Below, piece by piece: positions 40,464 to 50,177 of a DNA stretch of 64,000 bases. The DNA is from Candidatus Hermodarchaeota archaeon (GTDB taxonomy: Archaea; Asgardarchaeota; Lokiarchaeia; Sigyniarchaeales; SOKP01), in NCBI GenBank assembly GCA_048885525.1, contig JBHLLP010000003.1, positions 1 to 64,000 of the forward strand, written 5' to 3'. The notes beneath the pieces were generated by a model that was given only the letters and a program-made list of their open reading frames with translations, ran no database searches and had not been told where the DNA came from. A program made the translations under genes and the position numbers. Positions within the stretch are counted from its first letter, which is position 1, and each line of letters starts with the position of its first letter.

Positions 40464-43400
40464 TTATTCTTGAACATCTATCAAATGATTCTCTTCTTCA
40501 AATAAAGGAAGAATATCCAATATTTCTTTAGTTTCGGGGAGATAATCTATAAAATTATATAATTTACTGTCAATTAGAAATAATATTAGCATTACATAGA
40601 ATGTCTCTTCAATTAATTTTTTATTAACTCCTAAGTTATTCAAATAATCGTTAATACTATTTTTAATCACTATTATTGATTTTCTTGCTTTTAATAGAGC
40701 TAGTCCATGTAAATTTACCATTAAAGAACTAGTTTCGAAATCTTTTCTTTTTGAAAGAGTATTTGCTAATTCTAAGTATTTGACTGCTGCTTTTTCGTAT
40801 TCTTGTGATTTTAGCAATTCTAATATAGGTGAGTAATATCTTTTTCTCATTGGCTTTCTTTTCTTGAATATCCTTTCTTTATCTCTTTTAGCGTCTCCTT
40901 TTTTAGATTGAATTTTGCCAAATCTCTGATCCATTTCTACTTGTTTTTTAGATAATTCGCCAACTTCTTCTCTTGATAATATCTCTTTTACTGATTCTTT
41001 TGAAATTTCTATATCTTCTGCTTTTTCTAATTTTTCTACTTTTAAATAATCTTCACCTAAAAAATCCTCAAATAAGGCGATTTCTTCTTCAAATAACGGA
41101 ATATTATCTAATAATTTTAAGGATTCGTTGAATTTTTGATCATCCTGAAGAATTTTTAAATCAATAATATATTCTATCAGAGTCACTGCAAATGTGTCAG
41201 AAAAAGATTTTCCTAAACCGGACAAGTTTATTTTTGTCTCAGTTAATAACTTTTTGATATCTTCAAATTTTTTCTGTTTCATAAGTATTAGAATTGCCAC
41301 AGTTAACGAAACTCCGGCTAGATCATATTTTTTTATTAAATTTAATCGATTAGTTGTGTCCTTATATATTTCAAAAGCTTTATTATATTGTTGATTCTTC
41401 AAATGAGTCAAACCTTCGTTAAAATAAGCTCTTTTTAACCCTTTTCTTTCCCTCATTTGATTATCCTTATCTATCTTCGCTTCTTGTGCTCTTTTTTCAA
41501 TAATAGAGCCTTTTTCTTTTAATTCTTCACTTTTTCGTGTTTCGATAGCTTTTTTAGATCTAATAGCACTTTGCTCAGCCTCTAATATTTCAATTTTTTT
41601 ATGGATTTCAGTTTTAAATTCTTTATTTTCAATTTTATCATTATAAACGTGAGCTAAATGTAAGTCATTCAATTCAATATAAATTTCAGACACTTTCTTG
41701 TATATCTTGTTAAATGTGATATTTACATTTTCGTCTTTTTCTAAATATGCAGATGCTATATTTAAAACTTTTTTTACAGATATTTCTGCTTTATCAATTG
41801 CTGAAAGATTTCCCTCGCTTTCCAAAATTCTTAAAGCTTCACTTTTAATTACTTTTATAAAAATTAAACTGATTTCCTTAGATTGGTCATAAAGCATTTG
41901 ATTCCGATAAATTCTAATTGAATTTTCATATATATTTTCCTTTCTTGTAAAGTCTTCTACTTTTCGAAGTTCCTGTAATTTTTGGAAATATTTAGGAAAG
42001 ATTCTTGTTAAGTATTTTTTTTTCATAGCGGCTGAAAGTTCGTTAAAAGAAACAAAAAAATCATCAAAAAGTAAACCATCTAATAAAATATCTAAGGATT
42101 TCGTGAGGATTTGATCTCTAATATCTTCTTTACCAATTCTTTTAAGATATTCTGCTTGTTTATTTAAGATGTTTGCTGCCTTTAAATGATTTTTTTGCTT
42201 TACAAATTCATCTGCTTTAGATATTTTTTGCTTATTCATTTCTACTATTATCTCAATTTCAGCTTCAACAAAATTTCTTATTATCTCAACTCCCCTGTTA
42301 ATATAATCCTCTACTTCTTTTTTTTTTAATTTGTTATATTTATCCTCAAAATCATCTCTAATTTTGGCTAATTGTTGCTTTAATTTTCTCGAGTTTAATT
42401 TGTTTATTAAAATAGTTGCCATTCCAAAATTATTAACTTCAAAAAAAAGAGAAATAAGTTCTTCTAAAGTCGAGTCCAAATCCGTTTTTTTCACTCTATA
42501 AGAAGTCCACATATTTTCAATTTCATCATAAGTAGTCTTAGCAGCATGTTTTTTTTTTTTTTTTATGTGGTGTTTAAAAAGTATGATTAAAACTTCATTT
42601 AATTTATTAATCAAGTTCTTTAATTCTTCAGAAAGAGCTTCAAGTTGATATTTTTTAATTGCTATATATAACTGCTCTCTTGCTAATTCAAGATTATTAA
42701 TACTTACTAAATAATCTGCAGCAGCCCCAATTTTATCTGAGATTTCTTTTAATATGATAATTACATCTTGATGTGGTAAACTTTCTAAAATCCTAAGAGC
42801 ATCATCAACTCTACAAGCTGAAATCCAGGAATTTATTGCTAACTTAAAAGCCTCATAAATAAGGTTTTTATCTAGTGATTCTATACTTGACCATTGAGCC
42901 GCTCTTTCATAACTTATTGCTGCTTCTTCATATTTTCCCTTGTTAAATAGTCTGTTTCCTTCAGATACAATAGCCTCTGCGTATAACTTTTTAAAGTTTA
43001 TTGATTTTCGTTTATCTACTTTTTCTAAAATTTGACTTGCTTCTAAATAGAGATTCATTTTTGAATAAAGATACGCTGCTTGTTCACAGATTATTAAGAA
43101 TTCTTCTTTATTGTATACATCTGCGATTTGGGCTGCCTTTCTAATAGCTTGAGCAGCGTAATAATAGTTTTGATTATTGAAATATATATTTGCCATTTGA
43201 ATAAAAATTGGAAATCGCATCCAGGCATTTTCAATATTTAAAGGAGTATCGCCATTAATAATAGCTAAACATAAAGATTGAAGTACTTGATGAAAATTGT
43301 TTGGTGGGAGATTTGCAAAAGCCTCTAATCTTGGAAAATTAACCCAAATATGCTGCAATAAGTCATTAACACATACTGGTAAGATTCCATTTTGATCATA

Positions 43401-43724
43401 AAACATAACGATAGTAGGGATATCACGTTTTAATGAAAAAATGTCAGGGAGTATCATTTCAAATAACTCGGATTCTTCTTCAATTATAGGATTCAAAAAA
43501 TATATAATTCCGTCTGCCATAGGAATAATTTCGTCCAAATCTGCAGAGATACTTGTAATTGCATCAATTTCTAAGTCACATACATCATCAAAAATTTTAA
43601 TTTCTTTATACCATTCGAAATGTGTTTCTTGATCTTCCCCGGGCTCCCCAAAAGTTCGTGAAACATAGAAATGAATTGTGTCAGGTTCTCCCAGTATTAG
43701 GATTTTAAAATAATACCTTGTCAT
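40464..43724 (-). CDS. Large TPR/alpha-solenoid protein with degenerate small-GTPase-like N-terminal domain
   Basis: N-terminus YFKILILG...ADGIIYFLN...DIPTIVM; TPR/SNAP-like EGNRLFNKGKYEEAAISYERAA. Confidence 0.7.
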   Translation of the reverse strand: MTRYYFKILILGEPDTIHFYVSRTFGEPGEDQETHFEWYKEIKIFDDVCDLEIDAITSISADLDEIIPMADGIIYFLNPIIEEESELFEMILPDIFSLKRDIPTIVMFYDQNGILPVCVNDLLQHIWVNFPRLEAFANLPPNNFHQVLQSLCLAIINGDTPLNIENAWMRFPIFIQMANIYFNNQNYYYAAQAIRKAAQIADVYNKEEFLIICEQAAYLYSKMNLYLEASQILEKVDKRKSINFKKLYAEAIVSEGNRLFNKGKYEEAAISYERAAQWSSIESLDKNLIYEAFKLAINSWISACRVDDALRILESLPHQDVIIILKEISDKIGAAADYLVSINNLELAREQLYIAIKKYQLEALSEELKNLINKLNEVLIILFKHHIKKKKKHAAKTTYDEIENMWTSYRVKKTDLDSTLEELISLFFEVNNFGMATILINKLNSRKLKQQLAKIRDDFEDKYNKLKKKEVEDYINRGVEIIRNFVEAEIEIIVEMNKQKISKADEFVKQKNHLKAANILNKQAEYLKRIGKEDIRDQILTKSLDILLDGLLFDDFFVSFNELSAAMKKKYLTRIFPKYFQKLQELRKVEDFTRKENIYENSIRIYRNQMLYDQSKEISLIFIKVIKSEALRILESEGNLSAIDKAEISVKKVLNIASAYLEKDENVNITFNKIYKKVSEIYIELNDLHLAHVYNDKIENKEFKTEIHKKIEILEAEQSAIRSKKAIETRKSEELKEKGSIIEKRAQEAKIDKDNQMRERKGLKRAYFNEGLTHLKNQQYNKAFEIYKDTTNRLNLIKKYDLAGVSLTVAILILMKQKKFEDIKKLLTETKINLSGLGKSFSDTFAVTLIEYIIDLKILQDDQKFNESLKLLDNIPLFEEEIALFEDFLGEDYLKVEKLEKAEDIEISKESVKEILSREEVGELSKKQVEMDQRFGKIQSKKGDAKRDKERIFKKRKPMRKRYYSPILELLKSQEYEKAAVKYLELANTLSKRKDFETSSLMVNLHGLALLKARKSIIVIKNSINDYLNNLGVNKKLIEETFYVMLILFLIDSKLYNFIDYLPETKEILDILPLFEEENHLIDVQE

Positions 43725-43929
43725 TTATTTAATTTTTATGATTTTTAATGGTTTATTATTTTTCTCGTTTTATGATAGGAGGTAATGATTTATCTATAAT
43801 AGATCTATTCTAAACATATAAAATTATGAATCTTATGAAATTGTTTTAAAAGAAAAAAATTCTTTTAATTATAATTAATTGAGTTTGCTAATATAAATTT
43901 TTTTTCCATAGATAAAAGGAGTATTAACG

Positions 43930-44592
43930 TTGGATTACATTGAAAGGAATTATCAACTCGTAAAACAAAGAATGATTGAACAGTTGGAAAATAGTATTGC
44001 ATTAGGAAGAAATCTCATTGATACCGAATTAGATACAGGTCTTTTAAACTTCATCATTAAACCAATTGTAAAATCTTTTTACGATTATTGGGCTCAAAAT
44101 GATGCACGAGAGGGGACTCTTAAACAAATCACACTTACATTAGAAGCAGGTAAGAAATTATTATTAAATGGTAGTTCTAATGATATATTTAATGAAATTC
44201 TTAACGATACTTTTCCTAAATATCTCGATGCAGATCAAACAGCACGACAATGCTCAAGACAACATAAAAATTATGAAAAATTAAAACACCTTACTAAAGA
44301 AACATTTATAAATTATTTAAAAGAAGTCATAAAATTCTTAGAAATAAAAGATGAAGTTGATAATTATGGAGATTTATGTCGATTAGCATTTCCTTCAAAA
44401 GAAATTGCTAAACAAAATTTAATGAATCAATTAGATTTTACAGATAAAAGTATTAAAATAGTTGAAAATGATCCTTCTATTCTTAAGCTCCCAGTTGGGA
44501 GAAAGATAATTGTAAAAGCATTAAGGAAAGGTTTTGAAGAGACTAAGGAGGAGTTTATTAAAGCACTCAATGATACTTATAATAATAAATAA
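43930..44592 (+). CDS. Hypothetical helical protein (paralogue A)
   Basis: TTG start after GGAG SD; clear similarity to next ORF. Confidence 0.8.
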   Translation: MDYIERNYQLVKQRMIEQLENSIALGRNLIDTELDTGLLNFIIKPIVKSFYDYWAQNDAREGTLKQITLTLEAGKKLLLNGSSNDIFNEILNDTFPKYLDADQTARQCSRQHKNYEKLKHLTKETFINYLKEVIKFLEIKDEVDNYGDLCRLAFPSKEIAKQNLMNQLDFTDKSIKIVENDPSILKLPVGRKIIVKALRKGFEETKEEFIKALNDTYNNK

Positions 44593-44682
44593 TTAATTTA
44601 ATGATAGATTTTACCAATAAAGTTTGTAAGTTGTTTTTTATTATATGTTAGAATTTTAAAATTATTACAATATTAATGAGAT

Positions 44683-45354
44683 TTGAGCATAATAATGGAT
44701 TACATAAAAAGAAACTATAAGATTTTAGAGAAAAGGATGATTGAACAAATGGAAACATCTCTTAATTATGGGAAAAATCTTATTGATACTGAAATAGATA
44801 CTGGTGCTTTAAATTTTGTAGTTAAACCAATCATTAAATCATTTTATAAATACTGGAGTGATAATGAAGCAAAAGTAGGTACGCGAGAACAAATTCGGGT
44901 TACACTTGATTCTGCAAGAGAATTAGTACAAAATGGAGAAATTTCAAAAGAAATGTTTGACAAGGTTGTTAATAAAAATTTTCCTGTTTACTTAGAAAAT
45001 GATCAAACAGAACGTCAGTGTAAAAATACCCACCATAATTATAACAAATTAAAGGAAGTCACGAAGAAATGTTTTGTAACGCAAATAGAAGAAAGTATCC
45101 TTTTTCTAAATGTCAAGGATGATGTTAATGACTATAATGAATTATCTAGAGCGGCATTTAAGACAAAAGATAAAGCATATCAAGCTTTAAAACGTCAACT
45201 CGATTTTAATGAAGAAGGAATTGCAATTGTTGAAAAAGATGACTCTATTCTCAAGGTTCCTCTTGGAAAAAATATTATTCTAAAAGTGTTACGAATGGGT
45301 TTTGAAATGACTAAAGAGAAGTTAATAGATGAACTTGATGAGATTTTTAATTAA
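44683..45354 (+). CDS. Hypothetical helical protein (paralogue B)
   Basis: MDYI.RNY, LIDTE.DTG.LNF, DQT.RQC shared with the previous ORF; ATG near 44695 is the likely start. Confidence 0.8.
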   Translation: MSIIMDYIKRNYKILEKRMIEQMETSLNYGKNLIDTEIDTGALNFVVKPIIKSFYKYWSDNEAKVGTREQIRVTLDSARELVQNGEISKEMFDKVVNKNFPVYLENDQTERQCKNTHHNYNKLKEVTKKCFVTQIEESILFLNVKDDVNDYNELSRAAFKTKDKAYQALKRQLDFNEEGIAIVEKDDSILKVPLGKNIILKVLRMGFEMTKEKLIDELDEIFN

Positions 45355-45406
45355 GAACTCTTCACAATAAAAATTAGAAATATAAAATTAAAAGTATGAG
45401 TTTAAC

Positions 45407-46462
45407 TTGACTGAATCTGCTCAAATAAGGGAGCAAAAAAATGTTTTACGGATTATATTTTTAAATATTTTAATTATAGTTTTTATTACAATTTCATATG
45501 TATATATTTCTGAACCTTTTGGCTCAATTTCCACTATTTATATATCAAATGAAGAATTTTCAATACAATTTGGTATAACTCTTCTGATATTTGTTTTTTT
45601 TTCAATATTAGCGGGGGCAATACAAGGATTAATATCGGGATTTCTGGGGGAATTATTCTACCAATTAGCTTTTTATAACTCTCTCTATCTTGAATGGGTT
45701 ATTATTGTTGCCTTATTAGGATTTTTATCTGGGATCTATAAATATCATCCTTTAAAATATCAAGATGGAATTAAAGTATATTATACATTTATTGCTCTTA
45801 TCATTACTTCCTTTATAATTTTCGGTCTTATTATTGGTTTTCAGTTTTCAATTTATCCTAATCAAAATACAATTGAATTTATCATTGTAAATTATGGATT
45901 TAAATTCTTTCTTCAAACACTTATCACAGTTATATTTATTATCCCAATATTACTGTTCATCTATGATAGATTTCTGGCAAAAGAGAAAAAAGATGTATAT
46001 TATACTATCTTAACACATCATCCTTTATCTGCGAGTGATCATACTTTTTTTCTCCAATTTGGTAGAACTAAAATCTATTTTTGCACGAGGTGTTCTGGTG
46101 TAATACTTGGAGGTTTATCTGCAATGTTCACAACTTATTTAACTGCTAAAATATTCCAAGTAGAGTTTAGTGCAGAAATAGCTATACTTATGTGTATAAT
46201 CCTACCCATACCAGGTTTAATAGATTGGGGAACTCAAAGACTTTTATTGAGAAAAAGCAATACCGCATCAAGGTTATTCACAGGTTTTATAATCGGGTTA
46301 GCTTTGCACTTTATGAGCTTTACTTATAAATATTATTTCTTCACATTATTAATATTAACAATTTATTTTAGCATATTCGGACTTCTTGTATTTTTTGGCC
46401 ATAAGAAGGAAATGAGATTATGGAAAGAGGAAAATGAGCAACTTCCAGAAATAGATCCATAG
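45407..46462 (+). CDS. Membrane protein with C-terminal DUF2085-like domain
   Basis: FCTRCSG, P.LIDWGTQ, SN..RLFTG; N-terminal TM bundle. Confidence 0.7.
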   Translation: MTESAQIREQKNVLRIIFLNILIIVFITISYVYISEPFGSISTIYISNEEFSIQFGITLLIFVFFSILAGAIQGLISGFLGELFYQLAFYNSLYLEWVIIVALLGFLSGIYKYHPLKYQDGIKVYYTFIALIITSFIIFGLIIGFQFSIYPNQNTIEFIIVNYGFKFFLQTLITVIFIIPILLFIYDRFLAKEKKDVYYTILTHHPLSASDHTFFLQFGRTKIYFCTRCSGVILGGLSAMFTTYLTAKIFQVEFSAEIAILMCIILPIPGLIDWGTQRLLLRKSNTASRLFTGFIIGLALHFMSFTYKYYFFTLLILTIYFSIFGLLVFFGHKKEMRLWKEENEQLPEIDP

Positions 46463-46475
46463 AAAAGATGGTAAA

Positions 46476-46982
46476 ATGCAAAAGATAATTTTTATTCATG
46501 GATTATTAAGCTCAGGTGAAGGATTTAAAGGAAAATTATTAAAAGAAATATTCACTGATTGTTTAACTCCTAATTTTACTCCATATAATCCAAAGATTTC
46601 AATTAAAAACTTATTAAAAGAACGTATGCAGCAATTAATTTCATTTTTAAAGGATGAAGCACAATGGATTGTTATTGGCTCTAGTTTTGGGGGTCTAATG
46701 GGAACACTCTTTACATTAAAATTTCCTTCTAAAGTATCTAAATTAATTCTACTTGCACCCTATTTGTCAACTGAAGTTTTAGATATTAAAGTTTATTCTC
46801 CTATAAATGTACCAGTTATAGCATTCCATGGTAAATATGATAAAGTTATTCCATTTAAGCGATCTCGGATTTTTGCAGAAAAGCTTTTTACAAATATTGA
46901 ATATAATGTAGTAGATGATGATCATACTCTTAAAAAAACAGTTCTAGCTTTGGATTGGAAAAAATTAATTTATAATAAATAA
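46476..46982 (+). CDS. YqiA-like alpha/beta esterase
   Basis: FIHG, GSSFGG, HGKYD, DDDH. Confidence 0.88.
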   Translation: MQKIIFIHGLLSSGEGFKGKLLKEIFTDCLTPNFTPYNPKISIKNLLKERMQQLISFLKDEAQWIVIGSSFGGLMGTLFTLKFPSKVSKLILLAPYLSTEVLDIKVYSPINVPVIAFHGKYDKVIPFKRSRIFAEKLFTNIEYNVVDDDHTLKKTVLALDWKKLIYNK

Positions 46983-47093
46983 CCTCACAAAATTGCTTTC
47001 TCAATTATTTTAAAAATTGGACTCCAATTTTTTTAAAATCAATTTAAAACTTCTTTTCAATAGAAATATTAAAAAAAAATTGGTGGATTAAAA

Positions 47094-47579
47094 TTGGAAT
47101 GGGAGAATTTTTTTGATACTATTGGTTTCTGGTATAAGATTTTCGTTGATTGGTTTGTTCAACAACCAGTATATGGGCAAGTACTTGCATTAATTGGATT
47201 ATTTACCTTGTTTATATTGGCTATAACTCTTGTATATTATACCATTAAAGGAATAGCATATTTAATATATTATATTTTTAAGGGTATTTATTATCTTCTT
47301 AAATATATCGGTTATGGGTTTTATAAACTATTTGAAGGTTTCTATTACCTAGTATCGGGGAATCGAAAATCTTCTAAACAGAAAGTTGAAGATATAAATA
47401 TTCAGAATAGTATGAGAAGCAATAATCCTTACATTTTAGAATATTGTAGTGAATGTGGGAGAAAACTCTCTGAAAAAATGAAAATAAATTTTAAAAAAAA
47501 AGGAATGACTTTTTGTGTAAATTGTGGAAAACAGCTAACATTAGATAATGCCCTTTGGACTCTAACTGTCTCTCATTAA
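47094..47579 (+). CDS. Membrane protein with C-terminal zinc ribbon
   Basis: TM segment, Tyr-rich amphipathic repeats, CSECG and CVNCG. Confidence 0.75.
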   Translation: MEWENFFDTIGFWYKIFVDWFVQQPVYGQVLALIGLFTLFILAITLVYYTIKGIAYLIYYIFKGIYYLLKYIGYGFYKLFEGFYYLVSGNRKSSKQKVEDINIQNSMRSNNPYILEYCSECGRKLSEKMKINFKKKGMTFCVNCGKQLTLDNALWTLTVSH

Positions 47580-47656
47580 TTAATCAAAAGATCTTTTTAA
47601 ATAAAATTTTAAAGTAAACGAACAAGAATATAGTTATAAAGGTGCAGTAAAAGTAT

Positions 47657-49264
47657 ATGTCAAGTGTATATGTATGTAGAGAATGTGGGTATACATTTCC
47701 AGCAGAACTTTCTCAATTAATAGAAAGTAACGTTCAAGTATATTGTGAAAGATGTGGTTCTCCCTTTATTTTGGAAGGAGTTAAATTTAAACCAGCTCCG
47801 ACTCCTTATATAAGGAAGAAAAAACTAGATCACATAATATCTGAAAAGAAATCATCAAAACTAGAAAATTTTATTCAATTCTTAAATAAAATCTCTTCTA
47901 TACCTTTATTTATTTTCACATGTGTTTCTTTCGGATTAATCGCAGAAATTGCGGTAAATTGGGATCTTATCGGAATTATCCTGTTTGAACGAATTTCACA
48001 GGGTATGATTAGTCTAATTCTTTTAATATTTGATAGAAATTATATAGCAAAAAAAGTAAAAGAAAAAAAGTTTAATGATATTTTCCTAGATTCATTTTGT
48101 TGGGGAATATTAGGTTGTATTTTATATGGGCTTGGGGTTATAATTCTTATTAAAGGAATCTTTATTATAATCTATGTTATTTCAGATTCTAAAAATAAGG
48201 ATCTTAAACCTTTTGATTTTGGATTGTATGCAAAAAATTCTTTGAATTATATCTCAACCAAAGCTGGTTTTTTGATTATTTTATTTGGCATATACACAAT
48301 ATATTCAGATCAAATCTATATTGCTAAATATTGGGATGCAATATTAGATTTACCATTTAACATAGAGATTCCTACAACACTATTATTCTATTTTGGGTTT
48401 TTTCTAGTAACGTTAGCTATTTTAATTATTGATAGCAGGATAAAAGCAGAAATAGCGGAGAAGAAAAAATTAGAATTTAGCGATTCGTTAAAATTTTTCT
48501 TTTTGGGAATTTTTGGGTTGTTTTTCTATGCTGCAGGGATTTTTATACTCTTAAAAGGAATATTGATTTTCTTTTTATGTTTTAGAAAACCGACAGAACA
48601 AATTCAAAAAATACCAACTGTCACAAAACCAGCATATTACGCTCCAATACCTCCAATTCCTCCAACTCCTCCAACTCCCTCATATAAAAAAATAGAACCG
48701 TCAGAGATGGTAGCGCTCGAAGAGAAAGAAATTGAAATAAAAACCATAGAACCCCCGATTAAAACTCAAGTAGCTGATGAAGAAAAAATTAGGAAAGAAC
48801 CAGAAAAAGTAGAAGAAGTTATAGTTAAGGAGTTTGAGGAGATCCCGTTAATTGTAGATGAAGAAGAGAGAGCAAAAAGAAAATTAGAATATGAATTAAA
48901 ATTGCATGAATCCCTTTTACCAGTAAAAGATGATAAAGATAAGAAGTTAGTAAGAGAATATTTCTCTAAAATATTTTCAGTATTATCCAAAGATTTAAGA
49001 AAACAAATTAAAGATCTAAAAATATCTAAAGAGGAAAAAAGGGAGCTATTAGCAGAACTTGCGTTCTTAACTAAAGAGGAACAAGTTAAATATATTGATG
49101 CTATAGCAAGCCTTTATAGAGAAATACCTAAAAAATTAATCAATAGAATTAGAAAACTCCCAAATGTTAAACCTGAACATTATGATAAGATTGTAGAGCA
49201 ATTAAAATTTATGGATGTTGAAGAACAAATAAAGTTTGTTCAATTTTTAGAGGAAAACACCTAA
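47657..49264 (+). CDS. Zn-ribbon multi-pass membrane protein with Pro-rich linker and helical C-terminal domain
   Basis: CRECG/CERCG, duplicated TM module, APIPPIPPTPPTP. Confidence 0.8.
   Translation: MSSVYVCRECGYTFPAELSQLIESNVQVYCERCGSPFILEGVKFKPAPTPYIRKKKLDHIISEKKSSKLENFIQFLNKISSIPLFIFTCVSFGLIAEIAVNWDLIGIILFERISQGMISLILLIFDRNYIAKKVKEKKFNDIFLDSFCWGILGCILYGLGVIILIKGIFIIIYVISDSKNKDLKPFDFGLYAKNSLNYISTKAGFLIILFGIYTIYSDQIYIAKYWDAILDLPFNIEIPTTLLFYFGFFLVTLAILIIDSRIKAEIAEKKKLEFSDSLKFFFLGIFGLFFYAAGIFILLKGILIFFLCFRKPTEQIQKIPTVTKPAYYAPIPPIPPTPPTPSYKKIEPSEMVALEEKEIEIKTIEPPIKTQVADEEKIRKEPEKVEEVIVKEFEEIPLIVDEEERAKRKLEYELKLHESLLPVKDDKDKKLVREYFSKIFSVLSKDLRKQIKDLKISKEEKRELLAELAFLTKEEQVKYIDAIASLYREIPKKLINRIRKLPNVKPEHYDKIVEQLKFMDVEEQIKFVQFLEENT
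48641..48679 (+). repeat. 9-bp in-frame tandem repeat encoding PPI/PPT
   Basis: gctccaata cctccaatt cctccaact cctccaact ccc. Confidence 0.8.
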
Positions 49265-49266
49265 AT

Positions 49267-50151
49267 ATGTCGCTTGAAAAAAGAAGAGAACCTAAACGAA
49301 GCAAGGAAAAAGAAATTTTAGAGGATAGTTCATTTAGGCGTCTTGATTTTAGACCTTTAAAAGAAATAGAGAAAAAGGAAGAAAAAAAAGAAGAGATTGT
49401 TGAAGAGCTTAGCGAAATAGAAATGGATGTATTGGAGATTGCTACTGATATACTAAAATTAAAAAGATACGAAACTGAATTTGAAATTGAATCAGAAAGT
49501 CAAATCCAAATGTTTCCAATAATAGAAAAATTATACGCTAAAAGCATCGCCAAACTCTCATACAGAAAAGGTTACAGCAAGGAGGAGATTTTTCTCGCTA
49601 TTCGAAGTCTAGAAGAGAAAAATTGGATTGTAACCAATGAAAGGCGTACTAAATTAGAGATACTTACTAATGAAAAACTAGTAAGAATACTTGATTTCAT
49701 AAAAGAAAATCCAGGAATTCATGCTAGAGATGAAAAAATCGAAGAAGAATTAGAAATCACCAGAACTCCATTTTTAAAACATGTTATGACTCTTGAACGA
49801 TTTAAGTTAATAAGATCTAAGAAAATTGGAAAGACTCTTCATTATTTTCTAAGTGATGTGCCAGAAGATTATGATAAATACAAAATTATATTTTTAAATC
49901 CCTTGATTCCTAAATTATTAGAACAAATATTTAAGGATGAAACTGTAACAATCTCAAGAATGGCTGAAATTCTTGAGATGTATTCTGGAACAATTTTATA
50001 CCATATAAAAAAATTAAAACAACTAAATCTTGTGAAGTCCACAAAAAATCAATCAGGTAAGAAAATTCATCTAGTAAATATTGAACTGCTAAAAATTTAT
50101 AATAAATTTTTCGATGAACCAGATTTCACAATACTTCTTAAAGGTCTTTAA
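49267..50151 (+). CDS. Multi-winged-helix transcriptional regulator
   Basis: ILDFIKENPGIH...HVMTLERFKLI and ISRMAEIL....TILYHIKKL wHTH units. Confidence 0.82.
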   Translation: MSLEKRREPKRSKEKEILEDSSFRRLDFRPLKEIEKKEEKKEEIVEELSEIEMDVLEIATDILKLKRYETEFEIESESQIQMFPIIEKLYAKSIAKLSYRKGYSKEEIFLAIRSLEEKNWIVTNERRTKLEILTNEKLVRILDFIKENPGIHARDEKIEEELEITRTPFLKHVMTLERFKLIRSKKIGKTLHYFLSDVPEDYDKYKIIFLNPLIPKLLEQIFKDETVTISRMAEILEMYSGTILYHIKKLKQLNLVKSTKNQSGKKIHLVNIELLKIYNKFFDEPDFTILLKGL

Positions 50152-50177
50152 AGAATTATTGGTAAATTTTAATAAAA

